A DNA stretch of 64,000 nt from Spirochaetota bacterium (GTDB lineage Bacteria; Spirochaetota; UBA4802; JAGODF01). The stretch is from positions 1,167-65,166 of the forward strand of contig JARKUF010000009.1 in assembly GCA_029974015.1 (NCBI GenBank), read 5' to 3'. Below the pieces are notes generated by a model. It was not told the origin of the DNA. It searched no databases and saw only the letters and a program-made list of their open reading frames with translations. Position 1 is the stretch's first letter. Each line of letters starts with the position of its first letter. Below, piece by piece: positions 27,352-37,671 of this stretch. The position numbers and the translations under genes are program-made.

Positions 27352-28185
27352 ATGAGCGTATATATGGAAATTGAAAGTTTTTTCTGTAAGGAACAGGTTA
27401 TCACCCTCAAGAGTACGGAGAAGCAGCTCGTGATCAAGGAGTTGGTCACCAGGCTCGTAGAGCTTGGCAAGATCGACAACGCCGACCGCTTTTACGCCCA
27501 GGTGGTTCACCGCGAATCTCTGGAGAACACCGGCATTGGCCACGGCTTCGCCATCCCCCATGCCCGTACCGACTCCGTTGACGACTTCCACTGCGTCTTC
27601 GGCATCTTACCCGAGGGCATAGAGTACCAGTCGTATGATAAGGTCCCAGTGAACTATATCATGCTGAGCATCTTCCCCACTTCAATGAGCACCAAGTACC
27701 TCTATCTGGTGGGCATGATGGCCCGTCTCTTCGCTACGGCTGAGAAGAGGGAGGCCCTGGACGAAGCAAGGACGCCGGCGAAGGTCTTCGCGGTCCTAAA
27801 AAAAGAATCGAAGGCCTATTTCGACGGCATATCAAAAAAGGAACCTTTAAAGACCGATGAAGAGATAGCGGACCTCACGGGGGTCCCATCATCGAACCTT
27901 GACCTCCTCATCCGCCTCGACAGGCTCTATCAGATTTATGACAGCGGCGAAAAATCCGAATCCACCTCCGGGAAGATATCCGAACTGCGGCGCCTTATAG
28001 ACAACAGGTCGCTCACCTACTACGAGAGAATGCGGAAAAAACTCCAAAACCCATTCGCCATCATCGACAAGACGAGCTGTTCCGGCTGTCACCTGGAAAT
28101 TCCTCCGGTCTACATGGCCCAGATCAAACAGAGCAAAGACATCCCGGTCTGCAACCATTGCGGGCGGTTCCTCATCATCGTGTGA
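27352..28185 (+). CDS. PTS EIIA (Ntr/Fru type) domain fused to a C-terminal C4-type zinc ribbon
   Basis: RE...NTGIG.GFAIPHA phospho-His motif; C-terminal YYER.R...CSGC...CNHCGRFL. Confidence 0.88.
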   Translation: MSVYMEIESFFCKEQVITLKSTEKQLVIKELVTRLVELGKIDNADRFYAQVVHRESLENTGIGHGFAIPHARTDSVDDFHCVFGILPEGIEYQSYDKVPVNYIMLSIFPTSMSTKYLYLVGMMARLFATAEKREALDEARTPAKVFAVLKKESKAYFDGISKKEPLKTDEEIADLTGVPSSNLDLLIRLDRLYQIYDSGEKSESTSGKISELRRLIDNRSLTYYERMRKKLQNPFAIIDKTSCSGCHLEIPPVYMAQIKQSKDIPVCNHCGRFLIIV

Positions 28186-28190
28186 TGCAT

Positions 28191-29648
28191 TCAAATACCA
28201 TAACGCCATACATACAGGGCAATGGATGCGGCGATGGCAGCATTGAGGGAATCGATGTCACCTTCCATCGGTATGGCCACGCCCTCGTAAGAAAGCCCAC
28301 CGGGAACACCGGGCCCCTCCATGCCGGGGAGGAGCAGAAACCTTTCCGGAAACGCGACTTCCGCAAGCGGCCTTCCTTCCCTGTCCAGAGCAAAAATCGG
28401 CCACGCCTCGCCGCCCAGCTCGCTGATGGAGGGGCCGCGTAAGAGCGGCGCGCCCAGGACCGCCCCTGATGAGGAACGTACGCTCCTGGGGTGATAGGGG
28501 TGGGCCGCCTCCCGGAGGAGGATGATACGCTCCACTCCGAAAGCCGCGGCCGAGCGGACCACGGAGCCCAGGTTGGACGGGTCCTGAAAAGGCACCAGGA
28601 GATTACATCCCGGAGCAAGTGACCCGTCCCAGGCCGGAATAGCAGGCGTCCTCACGAAAAGAAGAGGGCCGCCGGTATTGAAGATATCGAGATCATTGTA
28701 GAGCGATTTTTTCATGATGAGGGCCATGCCCCTTTCCGTGATCCCGGCGATGAGTGCGTTCATTTCGTCGTCCTGGTCCGTATAGCCATCATGGATAACC
28801 AGGGCCATGGTGTCCCCCTTACCCGACTTCACCGCGTCTTTTATTATGCGCCTGCCGGACACAAGGGTAATTCTCGCCTTCTTCGCGCCGTCGGAATGGA
28901 CGATGTTTTTTAACTCTCTGTACCGCCCATTCGACTCAGAGGTGATGACCATTTCACGGTTCTCCTTTTGGTCCTTGAATATCCTGTAGGTTTTGCGCAA
29001 TACCGCGCCGGTCTTCCTGAACACCAGGAGCCGCCGCATATGTCCCTCGCCTATCATGTATTCCCGGTCCTGCTCCATTTCGAAAGACTTGAGATGAGGC
29101 CCCTTCAAAGCGCCCAGGTCCTCATCAGCCCCAGGTCCCTTCATGAAAATCACCATGCCGCCGGGAGGAAGAAAGTGGTCCACCCTGGCGAGGGTGCTAT
29201 CGACCGACTCCAGGGCCCGGGTGATGACGCCCTTCACATTAAAAAAGGAATGGCCCGTCACCCCGTGGGGGTACACCTCCACACCCTTAAGGCCCAGGGT
29301 ATCCACCGCCATGTTCAGGAATTCCACGCGTTTTTTTCTCTGTTCGGCCAGCACCAGGGAGATGCGGGGAGCAATTATCTTCAGGGGAATTCCAGGGAAC
29401 CCGGCGCCGGTCCCGATGTCGAGAAGGCTCTCCGGCAGGGCCATGAGCTTTGAGACGATCATGGAATCCAGGAAGTGCTTGATAATAAAATCCTCAAAGC
29501 GGGTGATTCTTGTCAGGTCGTATTCATCATTATGGCGGACGATGAGGCGGTAATAGCTCCAGAGGAGCTCCATCGCATCCTCTGCGAGGCCTAATCCCGC
29601 CTTTAAGAGCATTTGTTTCATTCGCTCTTTGTTAGTATCTTGCGCCAT
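28191..29648 (-). CDS. rsmG: 16S rRNA m7G527 methyltransferase RsmG fused to a SpoU/TrmH-family methyltransferase
   Basis: N-terminal KHFLDS, LDIGTGAGFPGIPL and ITRA; C-terminal QDPSNLGSVVRSA, EGPG and SLNAA; one continuous 485-aa ORF. Confidence 0.9.
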   Translation of the reverse strand: MAQDTNKERMKQMLLKAGLGLAEDAMELLWSYYRLIVRHNDEYDLTRITRFEDFIIKHFLDSMIVSKLMALPESLLDIGTGAGFPGIPLKIIAPRISLVLAEQRKKRVEFLNMAVDTLGLKGVEVYPHGVTGHSFFNVKGVITRALESVDSTLARVDHFLPPGGMVIFMKGPGADEDLGALKGPHLKSFEMEQDREYMIGEGHMRRLLVFRKTGAVLRKTYRIFKDQKENREMVITSESNGRYRELKNIVHSDGAKKARITLVSGRRIIKDAVKSGKGDTMALVIHDGYTDQDDEMNALIAGITERGMALIMKKSLYNDLDIFNTGGPLLFVRTPAIPAWDGSLAPGCNLLVPFQDPSNLGSVVRSAAAFGVERIILLREAAHPYHPRSVRSSSGAVLGAPLLRGPSISELGGEAWPIFALDREGRPLAEVAFPERFLLLPGMEGPGVPGGLSYEGVAIPMEGDIDSLNAAIAASIALYVWRYGI

Positions 29649-29749
29649 AGTATCTTTTTTTTTCCTGAAAAATTACCCAAAAAATTGCTGTTTTACGGGC
29701 ATTTTATTATATTTATGTCACTATAATCACAGGAAACCAGAGGCTCATC

Positions 29750-29956
29750 ATGGATAATGTCGTGATACGGCCCCCATGCAGGCTTCCCACGGTATTCACG
29801 CCTTCCTATCTCATTGGAAACACCGTGAACGCCCTGAGCAGGGCCGGGCTTAGCGAGCGAGCCAGGGAATTCACCGAAGAGCTGGATAAAAAAGCCGCTT
29901 TCAGTGATTATCATCAGGTACTCGCGATCGCCCACCGATATGTGGATTTTCTCTGA
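29750..29956 (+). CDS. small hypothetical protein
   Basis: 68 aa, ATG with GAGG upstream, helical protein-like sequence (..ALSRAG..DYHQVLAIAHRYVDF). Confidence 0.6.
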   Translation: MDNVVIRPPCRLPTVFTPSYLIGNTVNALSRAGLSERAREFTEELDKKAAFSDYHQVLAIAHRYVDFL

Positions 29957-30139
29957 TCCATCACATTCACACCTGCGGATAAGTTGCCACTAAAAAATCC
30001 GCATGCCTTTCATTTTGACGGAACCCCAAACTTTTCACCGGCGTTAAGGCCGAGGGCCATAAAGAAAACCCGCCCGGGCCGATTTGATACGGCTCTTTGG
30101 TTAATATTCTTGACAAGAGGGCCGAAGAATAAATAGGGT

Positions 30140-31192
30140 GTGAAGGTTAAAAAAGACGACCCAAAACTGAAGAAAACCGGCAGCGGCGACGCCATGCGTT
30201 ACAGGATAAAACAGTACCACAACCGAGTAAGGAAAAGCTTCACAGAACGCTATTACATTTGGAAGAAAAAATCCGGAAAATGGTGGGACCGGTTCATCGA
30301 GAAAGGACACGAGAAGATGACGGTGATGTTTATCCCCCACAACGAGAAACGGATTTTTAATTTTCAGATATCGAAATTTTTCATTTCATTCTTCGTGGTG
30401 CTTTTTCTCATTGTCCTCGTTTCCTCGTCCTATGCCATCATCAAAAACGCGGCAATCAAGAGGGAAGAGGAGCGCCTTCTTCTTAACTACAAGGACATCC
30501 GCTCGCACCTTATCCGCTTCGAGCGCCAGACCAACCGCATCTCGGACCTTTTTGGCGACATCAAGCCTTATATAGAGGAGCTCTTTGAACTTTCAGCCGG
30601 GAGCGACGAATCCGTCGCGAGGATATGGGACTTCGATGAGTCGACGGACCCGGACATAAAGGAACTCAATAAACTCCGAAGCATCCTGCCCGACGAAATT
30701 TTCACGCTCAGACAGCTTCAAAGGGACTTTATCTGCACCACCAACGCAGTGAAGACCGTGAAAAACTTCATCGACGTACGAAGCAAGGTGATCAACGATA
30801 CGCCCTCCATCGTTCCCAATGCGGGGCACATCACTTCCCTTTTCGGATGGCGGCGTTCTCCCTTCGGGTTTGGCCGCGATTTCCATACGGGCATCGACAT
30901 CGCCGCGGCGGGCGGCACGCCCATCCGAGTCACCGCGCCTGGCACCGTGGAGGCGACCGGCTGGGCCGGCGGCTACGGATACATGGTCCGCGTCCGCCAC
31001 AAGTACGGGTTCGAAACGCTCTACGCGCACTGCTCCAGCATCTACGTGGGCAAGGGCCAAAATGTGACGCGCGGCCAGGTGATCGCCGGCGTGGGCCAAA
31101 CGGGAAACGCCACCGGCAACCACTGCCACTATGAGGTGCGCCTGGGCAACACGCCCATCAACCCCTATCCCTACATGCGTAAAATCTGGTAG
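30140..31192 (+). CDS. M23 family metallopeptidase with a TM anchor and coiled coil
   Basis: HTGID, LYAH and HCHYEV zinc motifs. The start could be ATG 30194, because TTGACA at 30110 is very close to GTG 30140. Confidence 0.92.
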   Translation: MKVKKDDPKLKKTGSGDAMRYRIKQYHNRVRKSFTERYYIWKKKSGKWWDRFIEKGHEKMTVMFIPHNEKRIFNFQISKFFISFFVVLFLIVLVSSSYAIIKNAAIKREEERLLLNYKDIRSHLIRFERQTNRISDLFGDIKPYIEELFELSAGSDESVARIWDFDESTDPDIKELNKLRSILPDEIFTLRQLQRDFICTTNAVKTVKNFIDVRSKVINDTPSIVPNAGHITSLFGWRRSPFGFGRDFHTGIDIAAAGGTPIRVTAPGTVEATGWAGGYGYMVRVRHKYGFETLYAHCSSIYVGKGQNVTRGQVIAGVGQTGNATGNHCHYEVRLGNTPINPYPYMRKIW

Positions 31193-31201
31193 GAGTCGTC
31201 C

Positions 31202-32275
31202 ATGCGCATAGCGGTCGCCATGAGCGGGGGCGTCGACTCGTCGCTCGCCGCGGTCCTCCTGAAAGAGCAGGGGCACGACGTGGTAGGACTCACAGCAAAA
31301 ATACCCCTTTGCACTGACATGGACGGCTCGGAACCGCGCTACGATCTCTGTTGTTCACCCGATAGCATTGCCGACGCGCGAGAAGTCGCGCGCATGCACG
31401 GGTTTTCCCACGCCGTCCTCGACGTGGAGGAGGACTTCTCGCGGAAAATCATCACCCCTTTTTGCGAGGAGTACCTTGCGGGAAGGACGCCTAGCCCCTG
31501 CCTCCGCTGCAACGCGAAGATTAAGTTTAATGGCCTTTTGGTGCGCGCCCGAGAGATGGGCTGCGATAAGCTCGCCACCGGACACTACGCCCGCCTGGGC
31601 GCCGACGATGGCAGGCGCTTCGTCGCGGCGGGCGCCGATCCCATGAAAGACCAGTCCTACTTCCTCGGAATGCTTTCCCAGGAGGCCCTTTCATCGATAC
31701 TGCTTCCGCTTGGTGAATACAAAAAAGATGATATTCGAAAAATGGCCCTGGAGCGAGGGCTTGCCGTGGCGCACAAACCCGAAAGCCAGGAAATATGTTT
31801 CGTGCTCGATGACGACTACGCAGGCTATATCGAAAGGCGGACCGGCCGCGTCCCGGCGCCGGGGAACATCGTCGATGAGGATGGCAGGGTGCTCGGAAGG
31901 CACAGGGGCATTCACCGCTACACCATCGGCCAGCGGCGCGGCCTCGGCATCGCCCATTCTGTACCGCTCTATGTGGCAGAGATCCGCGTCGAGACGAATG
32001 AAATCGTCGTAGCAGAGAAGGCGCGACTCGCCCGAAAGGGGCTTTTCGCCGACGGCATCAATCACATGAAAAGCGCGCTACTGGACGGCCCCGCCCTGGT
32101 GAAAACCCGTTCCACGCAAAAGGCCGTCCCGGCGCTCCTTCACGAGGACGACGGAGGCGTCTACGCGGAGTTCGCCGCGCCCCAGGAGGGCGTCTCCCCC
32201 GGACAGGCCGCGGTCTTCTACGATGAGGGCGGCGCCGTTCTTGGAGCGGCATGGATCCGAAAGGCCATGCCATGA
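31202..32275 (+). CDS. mnmA: tRNA 2-thiouridylase MnmA
   Basis: MSGGVDS, TPSPC..CN, ATGHY, KDQSYFL, ESQEICF, YTIGQRRG and PGQ motifs. Confidence 0.96.
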   Translation: MRIAVAMSGGVDSSLAAVLLKEQGHDVVGLTAKIPLCTDMDGSEPRYDLCCSPDSIADAREVARMHGFSHAVLDVEEDFSRKIITPFCEEYLAGRTPSPCLRCNAKIKFNGLLVRAREMGCDKLATGHYARLGADDGRRFVAAGADPMKDQSYFLGMLSQEALSSILLPLGEYKKDDIRKMALERGLAVAHKPESQEICFVLDDDYAGYIERRTGRVPAPGNIVDEDGRVLGRHRGIHRYTIGQRRGLGIAHSVPLYVAEIRVETNEIVVAEKARLARKGLFADGINHMKSALLDGPALVKTRSTQKAVPALLHEDDGGVYAEFAAPQEGVSPGQAAVFYDEGGAVLGAAWIRKAMP

Positions 32276-32324
32276 GATGAAAAAAATCCATGCGATACCC
32301 GTGGACTTCGAACAGAGGAAAAGA

Positions 32325-33281
32325 ATGGACCAGAGCATAGTATTTCTCGATGCGTCAACAATCAATTACGGCGATCAGGACCTTTCCATTTTCGAGAAAC
32401 ATGGGAACTTCATCGCATACGGCCACACCCTACCCGAAGAGACGGCAAGCCGCCTCCGCGGGGCCACGGTGGCCATTTCCAACAAGGTGGTAATTGACCG
32501 AAAGGTGCTGGACCTCTGCCCGGACCTCCGCTTGATAGCCGTGGCCGCCACGGGATACGACAACATAGACACTATCGCAACCAAGAAAAGGGGCATAACT
32601 GTCGCAAACGCGGCGGGGTATTCCACCCCTTCCGTGGCACAGTTCACCGTGCTTTTTATGCTCGCCCTGGCCTGCAGGCTTGTGGAGTACAATGGCGCCG
32701 GCCGCGACGGCCGGTGGAGCGCCTCCCCCATATACACCCTGGGGACATGGCCCACCGTGGAGCTTACCGGAAAAGTGCTTGGCATTCTCGGCCTGGGGGC
32801 CATTGGAAGCGAGGTGGCGCGCCTGGCCGGGGCCTTCGGCATGGAAGTCGTTGCGCTAAAAAGGCCGGGGGTCGAATACCGCGGAGGGCCGCCGCGATTT
32901 GAGCTGTACGACCTGGCGCGCCATGCCGACTTCATCTCACTTCACATGCCCCTCACCCCTGAGAACCGCCATCTGATAGACGGCTCTTTTTTCAGCGCCA
33001 TGAAACGGAACGCCTTTCTCATCAACATGGCCAGGGGCGCCCTTGTGGACCCAGCCGCCCTGGCCAGCGCCCTTGAGGCGGGGAAAATCGCCGGGGCCGC
33101 CGTGGACGTCATGGAGAAGGAACCCCCGGACGCCGATGATCCCCTCCTCGGGGCCCCCAACCTCCTCATCACCCCCCATATTTCCTGGGCTACGATGGAA
33201 TCCAGGAAGCGGCTTTTGCGGGAAATCGACGCGAATATAACCGCCTTTTTGGCAGGTACGCCTCGGAATATCGTCGCCTGA
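32325..33281 (+). CDS. D-2-hydroxyacid (glycerate-type) dehydrogenase
   Basis: ATGYDNID, GLGAIG, IN.ARG, DV...EPP and TPHISW motifs; alternative start at 32277. Confidence 0.92.
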   Translation: MDQSIVFLDASTINYGDQDLSIFEKHGNFIAYGHTLPEETASRLRGATVAISNKVVIDRKVLDLCPDLRLIAVAATGYDNIDTIATKKRGITVANAAGYSTPSVAQFTVLFMLALACRLVEYNGAGRDGRWSASPIYTLGTWPTVELTGKVLGILGLGAIGSEVARLAGAFGMEVVALKRPGVEYRGGPPRFELYDLARHADFISLHMPLTPENRHLIDGSFFSAMKRNAFLINMARGALVDPAALASALEAGKIAGAAVDVMEKEPPDADDPLLGAPNLLITPHISWATMESRKRLLREIDANITAFLAGTPRNIVA

Positions 33282-33392
33282 ATAAAACGTACGGGCCGTC
33301 AATAATCTGCTTGTCAAAGGCCCTTGCGCGGGAATAATATTACGCCATCTCCAACACTCCGGCCCCTGGCCGGAACGAATTACGAGGCGCCA

Positions 33393-34235
33393 ATGAAAGT
33401 GTTCGGCATAGCCGGGGCCGGCATTATGGGGACGGATATAGCCCATCTTGCCGCGGAAAAGGGGTTCAGTGTCATCCTCTTCGACACCGACGAACTCCGT
33501 CTGCGGGCGTCCTATGAGACGATACGAGAACGGCTTTCCCGTTATGTCGAGGAAAAACGAATCGCACAGGATGAGATGGCGGCGACTCTATCGAAAATCA
33601 AAATCCATAGGAACATCCAGGACCTGGTAAATGCCGACATCGTCATCGAGACGGTGACGGAAGACATCACCGTAAAAAAAGCGCTGTTCCGTGAACTCGA
33701 CATGGTCTGCCGCGGCGGCGTAGTCCTCGCATCAAACACATCTTCGCTGTCGATAACAGAGCTCGCGTCAGTAACAAAGCGCCCGGAGCTCGTCATCGGC
33801 ATGCACTTCATCAACCCAGCCCGCGCCATGAAGCTCGTCGAAATCATTTCGGGCATGGCCACCACATGGGAAACAGTGGAAACCGCCAAGGACATCGTGA
33901 AAAAATTCGGGAAAGTCTTCGTGGAATCGAAGGACTATCCCGGGTTTCTTCTCAACAGAATTATAATACCGATGATCAACGAAGCGATATATGCGCTCTA
34001 TGAAGGGGCCGGCTCCGTGGAAGCCATAGACCGAGTTGTCAAACAGGGAATGAACATCCCCATGGGGCCCCTGGAACTGGCCGATATGATTGGTCTCGAC
34101 GTGGTTTTGGCGGTCATCGGGGAACTTCACACCGGGTTTTCCGATTCCAAGTACAGGCCCTGCCCGCTCCTAAAAAATTACGTTGCCGCAGGCTACCTGG
34201 GCAGAAAATCCGGGCGGGGATTTTACAGCTATTGA
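33393..34235 (+). CDS. hbd: 3-hydroxybutyryl-CoA dehydrogenase
   Basis: GAGIMG, ASNTSS, GMHFINP, PGF..NR, PMGPL.LAD.IGLD and GRKSGRGFY motifs. Confidence 0.92.
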   Translation: MKVFGIAGAGIMGTDIAHLAAEKGFSVILFDTDELRLRASYETIRERLSRYVEEKRIAQDEMAATLSKIKIHRNIQDLVNADIVIETVTEDITVKKALFRELDMVCRGGVVLASNTSSLSITELASVTKRPELVIGMHFINPARAMKLVEIISGMATTWETVETAKDIVKKFGKVFVESKDYPGFLLNRIIIPMINEAIYALYEGAGSVEAIDRVVKQGMNIPMGPLELADMIGLDVVLAVIGELHTGFSDSKYRPCPLLKNYVAAGYLGRKSGRGFYSY

Positions 34236-34263
34236 TCCCGGAAGGAGACCGCCGCTGCCGCGA

Positions 34264-34349
34264 AGGATACGGCATGACATAAGGACTCCCCGACATTCAA
34301 TGACACGAGGGCCGGCATGTTTGTCACCGACGCCGTATCCTGTTTTTTT
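34264..34349 (+). terminator. long hairpin followed by a T tract after hbd
   Basis: AGGATACGGC (34264-34273) pairs with GCCGTATCCT (34332-34341), followed by G and T7. Confidence 0.45.
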
Positions 34350-34380
34350 CTTGCAAAATACCATCTCTGCAGTAACATCC

Positions 34381-34500
34381 GGGAACCTCTAAAAATCAAT
34401 TTTTCGAGGTTTCCATAAATTGTAACTGCTGGCATACTCAGGACTTCGGTTTTCCCGCCCGCCGAAGGCGGGCGGGAAAACCTGATTATTAGAGGTTGCC
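34381..34500 (-). mobile_element. MITE-like element, copy 5 (near consensus, reverse orientation)
   Basis: GGGAACCTCTAA...TTAGAGGTTGCC, 120 bp; flanks ATCC/ATAC (3 of 4 match). Confidence 0.9.
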
Positions 34501-34553
34501 ATACATCAAAAGCACCGCCATCCATCCGTGCGGCGGGGAAAGGAGATCCCGTC

Positions 34554-36365
34554 ATGACAGAAGCCAGGAACGTCGCCTCGCTCCACGACCTCATCAGGCA
34601 AATAAGCGAAATTGAAACGGAACTTGAATCGCATATCGATACCACCATGTGGATAAGCGACCCCCACGGCGCGGGAGAGCGTTTTGTTTCCATACTTAAA
34701 GGGCGTTTCGGGCTCGTTTGGAAAATTTGCCTTGAGGCCCTTCCAAAAACCTTCTCCGCCGACAAAATCGATTACCTGGGAAGAATCATCCGCCGCGAGT
34801 GGTATTTCACTACGCCGGCCTTTTCCATGGAGCGTCAGGACGTTATATCGGCCCTGGTGAAGATCATCCAGTACCGTGTAGAGAACGCTAAAAAATTCGA
34901 TGAAATCCGCAAAAGCATTAACAACGACCTCAGGATGGTCCTGGAAAATCTCATCCTGAAATTTCCCGTCCCCAACATGGTTTACGAAAACGAAGTGATA
35001 GCCGACCGCGTCATCCATTCCCTCTGCAAGATAGTAAAGCAGGCCATCCTGGGGCATCTCCTTGTCCTGGGCGATGTCTTCGACCGGGGCGACGAGCCGG
35101 ACAAGATCCTTCGCATCCTGAGCAGCAGAGACATCAAGCCCTACGTGACCTTCGTCTGGGGCAACCACGACATCCTGTGGATGGGGGCCGCCGCGGGAAA
35201 CAAGTCCCTTATCGCCGAGGCCCTGCGCATCAGCGTGAGATATGACAACCTGAAATTTTTGGGCCGCCTCGGCATCGACATAAGCAGGCTCCAGTATCTG
35301 GCGGAGAAATTGTATCCGGAAGGAGTGTCCGGGAGCTTCAAAGCAAAGCACGACATCTCCAGAAAGATGGAAAAGACCCTTGCGATGATTCAGTTTAAGC
35401 TCGAGGAAAAAACGGTCCTCGAAAACCCGGAACTGGAAATGGAATCGCGCCTCAATCTCGGCAAACTGGCGGCCCTTCTTGAGTCCGGAGACGTGGAAGG
35501 ACTCACCGATACGCATTTCCCCACTCTAAATCCGGACCGTCCACTGGAGCTGACATCGGAAGAGCAATCCGTAATTGATGATCTATCCCGGCAGTTCACC
35601 TCGAGCCATCGAATCATGTCCCTCATGAAGTTTCTCTTTGAGGACGGGCGTCTTTATCACATCAACAATTACATACTGAACCTGCACGCCCTTATCCCCA
35701 GCACGGAAAGCGGCGAGTTCGATACCTTTCTCGGGAAGAAGGGCAAGGACCTCCTGGACCATATCGAAAACAGGGTAAAGGAGATCGGCCAAAATTACCT
35801 TTTCGGCCGAGAGCAGGACCCGAAGGACCTGGCATTGATGTTCTACCTCTGGTGCGGGGCAAAATCCCCCTTTTTCGGGAAGGACGCGATGAAAACCTTC
35901 GAGAGGTACTTTTACAAAGACAAGGGGACCCACAAGGAGAAGCTCCTCTTCTGGGGGGAAAACATCAGGAAAAAGGAGTTCATGGACCGCATCATGGACG
36001 AATTCGGGACCCGGCGCATCGTGTACGGCCACACGCCGGTGGACATTTCAAAGGGGGATAAAATCGCTTCGCCGGACGGCAGGGCCATCAATATTGACGG
36101 CGGCTTTTCCCATGCCTATCTTGAAAGGGGCCATTCCCTCATACAAACTCCGGCTTCGCTCTACGCGATCATACTTCCAACCCCAGATGAGATACGGGAG
36201 GCCCGAGAGAAAGGGGAAACTCCCCCCATGATAGTGGACGTGATCGATTCTTTCGACCCGCCGCTGAAGATTAAAGACACCCACCGGGGAGTGCTTTTAC
36301 GGAAGCGCCTTTCGGAGCTTTCGGCAATGCTTGCGGAATACGCATCGAGCAATACGACCGTCTAA
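34554..36365 (+). CDS. fbp: fructose-1,6-bisphosphatase class III
   Basis: SDPHG, GDVFDRG, WGNHDILWMGAA, M.TFERYF, GHTPV and IDGGFS motifs. Confidence 0.92.
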   Translation: MTEARNVASLHDLIRQISEIETELESHIDTTMWISDPHGAGERFVSILKGRFGLVWKICLEALPKTFSADKIDYLGRIIRREWYFTTPAFSMERQDVISALVKIIQYRVENAKKFDEIRKSINNDLRMVLENLILKFPVPNMVYENEVIADRVIHSLCKIVKQAILGHLLVLGDVFDRGDEPDKILRILSSRDIKPYVTFVWGNHDILWMGAAAGNKSLIAEALRISVRYDNLKFLGRLGIDISRLQYLAEKLYPEGVSGSFKAKHDISRKMEKTLAMIQFKLEEKTVLENPELEMESRLNLGKLAALLESGDVEGLTDTHFPTLNPDRPLELTSEEQSVIDDLSRQFTSSHRIMSLMKFLFEDGRLYHINNYILNLHALIPSTESGEFDTFLGKKGKDLLDHIENRVKEIGQNYLFGREQDPKDLALMFYLWCGAKSPFFGKDAMKTFERYFYKDKGTHKEKLLFWGENIRKKEFMDRIMDEFGTRRIVYGHTPVDISKGDKIASPDGRAINIDGGFSHAYLERGHSLIQTPASLYAIILPTPDEIREAREKGETPPMIVDVIDSFDPPLKIKDTHRGVLLRKRLSELSAMLAEYASSNTTV

Positions 36366-37465
36366 CGTTCCCGGCTCCATGTTTCGATGAGGGACATTAC
36401 TTCTTCCCGCACGGCCCTTATCACTTCCCCGCGGGTAATTTTTCCTTTACGCTCTCCCCGCGCAAAAAGGAGAAAATTCCCGCTTCTGGCCCCGGCAACA
36501 CCTACGTGGGCGTGGGACGCCTCGCCCGGTCCGTTCACCTCGCAGCCCATTATCGCGACAACCAATTCCCTGCCCAGAGCGCGCAATACGTCGGAAAACT
36601 CATTCGCGATCGCGTTTTCCACTTCCCGGGCAATTTCTTCGAGATTCACGGAGGGGCCGGTACGCCCGCAGGTTGGACAGGCGATTATGCGTAGAGGTTC
36701 AAGGCGCTCGCCAATGGACGCGAGTATCTTTTTCGCCACATGTATTTCCTCAATGGGGTCCCCTGTCATCGATACACGGACCGTATCGCCCAGCCCTTTT
36801 AAAAGAAGATGGCCTATGAGAATGGAGCTCTGCACCACGCAGGAAAGCCCATACCCGGCCTCGGTGAGGCCCACATGCAGGGGATACTCCTTCATATCGG
36901 AAAAAATTATGTTGGCTTCGGCCGTTAATAAAATGTCGGACGACTTGAGAGATACTACGATATCGTAGAAACCGCATTCCTCGAGTATTTCCACATGCTC
37001 CAAGGCCGAAGCGGCAAGGGCTTGGGCCGTCATTTCAGGATATTTGCGCCTGTCAAGAGAGCCGCCATTTACGCCTATTCGGATAGGGACCGAATGTTCC
37101 GTCGCGGCCCTTACGACCTCACGGACCCTGTCGACGCCGCCGATATTTCCAGGATTGATGCGTATCTTGTCGATTCCGCATTCTATGGCCCCGATGGCAA
37201 GACGGTGGTTGAAATGAATATCGGCCGAAAGAGGGACATCGACGGATTCCCTTACTTTTTTTAAGGGCCCCAGGGCGGCCTCATTCAACACGGCCAGGCG
37301 CACAAGCTGGGCCCCCTCTCTGTGGAGCCGGTTGATCTGGTCAATGGTGGCGTCTATGTTTTCGAGCGGAACGCTGGTCATGGTCTGGATGGAAACCGGA
37401 GCGTCGCCGCCTATACAAAGTCCGCGCACCAGGGCGGGACGGGTTTTTTTTCTGTATGTTCGCAT
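36362..37465 (-). CDS. ispG: (E)-4-hydroxy-3-methylbut-2-enyl-diphosphate synthase
   Basis: ADIHF, RINPGN, RIGVNGGSL, LH.G.TEAG, CPTCGR and MGC.VNGPGE motifs. Confidence 0.96.
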   Translation of the reverse strand: MRTYRKKTRPALVRGLCIGGDAPVSIQTMTSVPLENIDATIDQINRLHREGAQLVRLAVLNEAALGPLKKVRESVDVPLSADIHFNHRLAIGAIECGIDKIRINPGNIGGVDRVREVVRAATEHSVPIRIGVNGGSLDRRKYPEMTAQALAASALEHVEILEECGFYDIVVSLKSSDILLTAEANIIFSDMKEYPLHVGLTEAGYGLSCVVQSSILIGHLLLKGLGDTVRVSMTGDPIEEIHVAKKILASIGERLEPLRIIACPTCGRTGPSVNLEEIAREVENAIANEFSDVLRALGRELVVAIMGCEVNGPGEASHAHVGVAGARSGNFLLFARGERKGKITRGEVIRAVREEVMSLIETWSRER

Positions 37466-37671
37466 GGAAAAATCGCGCCTGTCGGTATAGTTTCTGTACA
37501 TCCAAGGGTATAATTAGGCAAGGATTTTTTGGAAGATATCTTTGAATATATGGTCCCAGAAAGGCGCGATACCGCCGGGAAGCGAGCTGTCAGCCAACGC
37601 GCCCCCGGCACAGCGCCTCCGACGCAAAAAGAACTTGATCTCCGGCGTTCGCTTTTGTATCATGCTGCATC

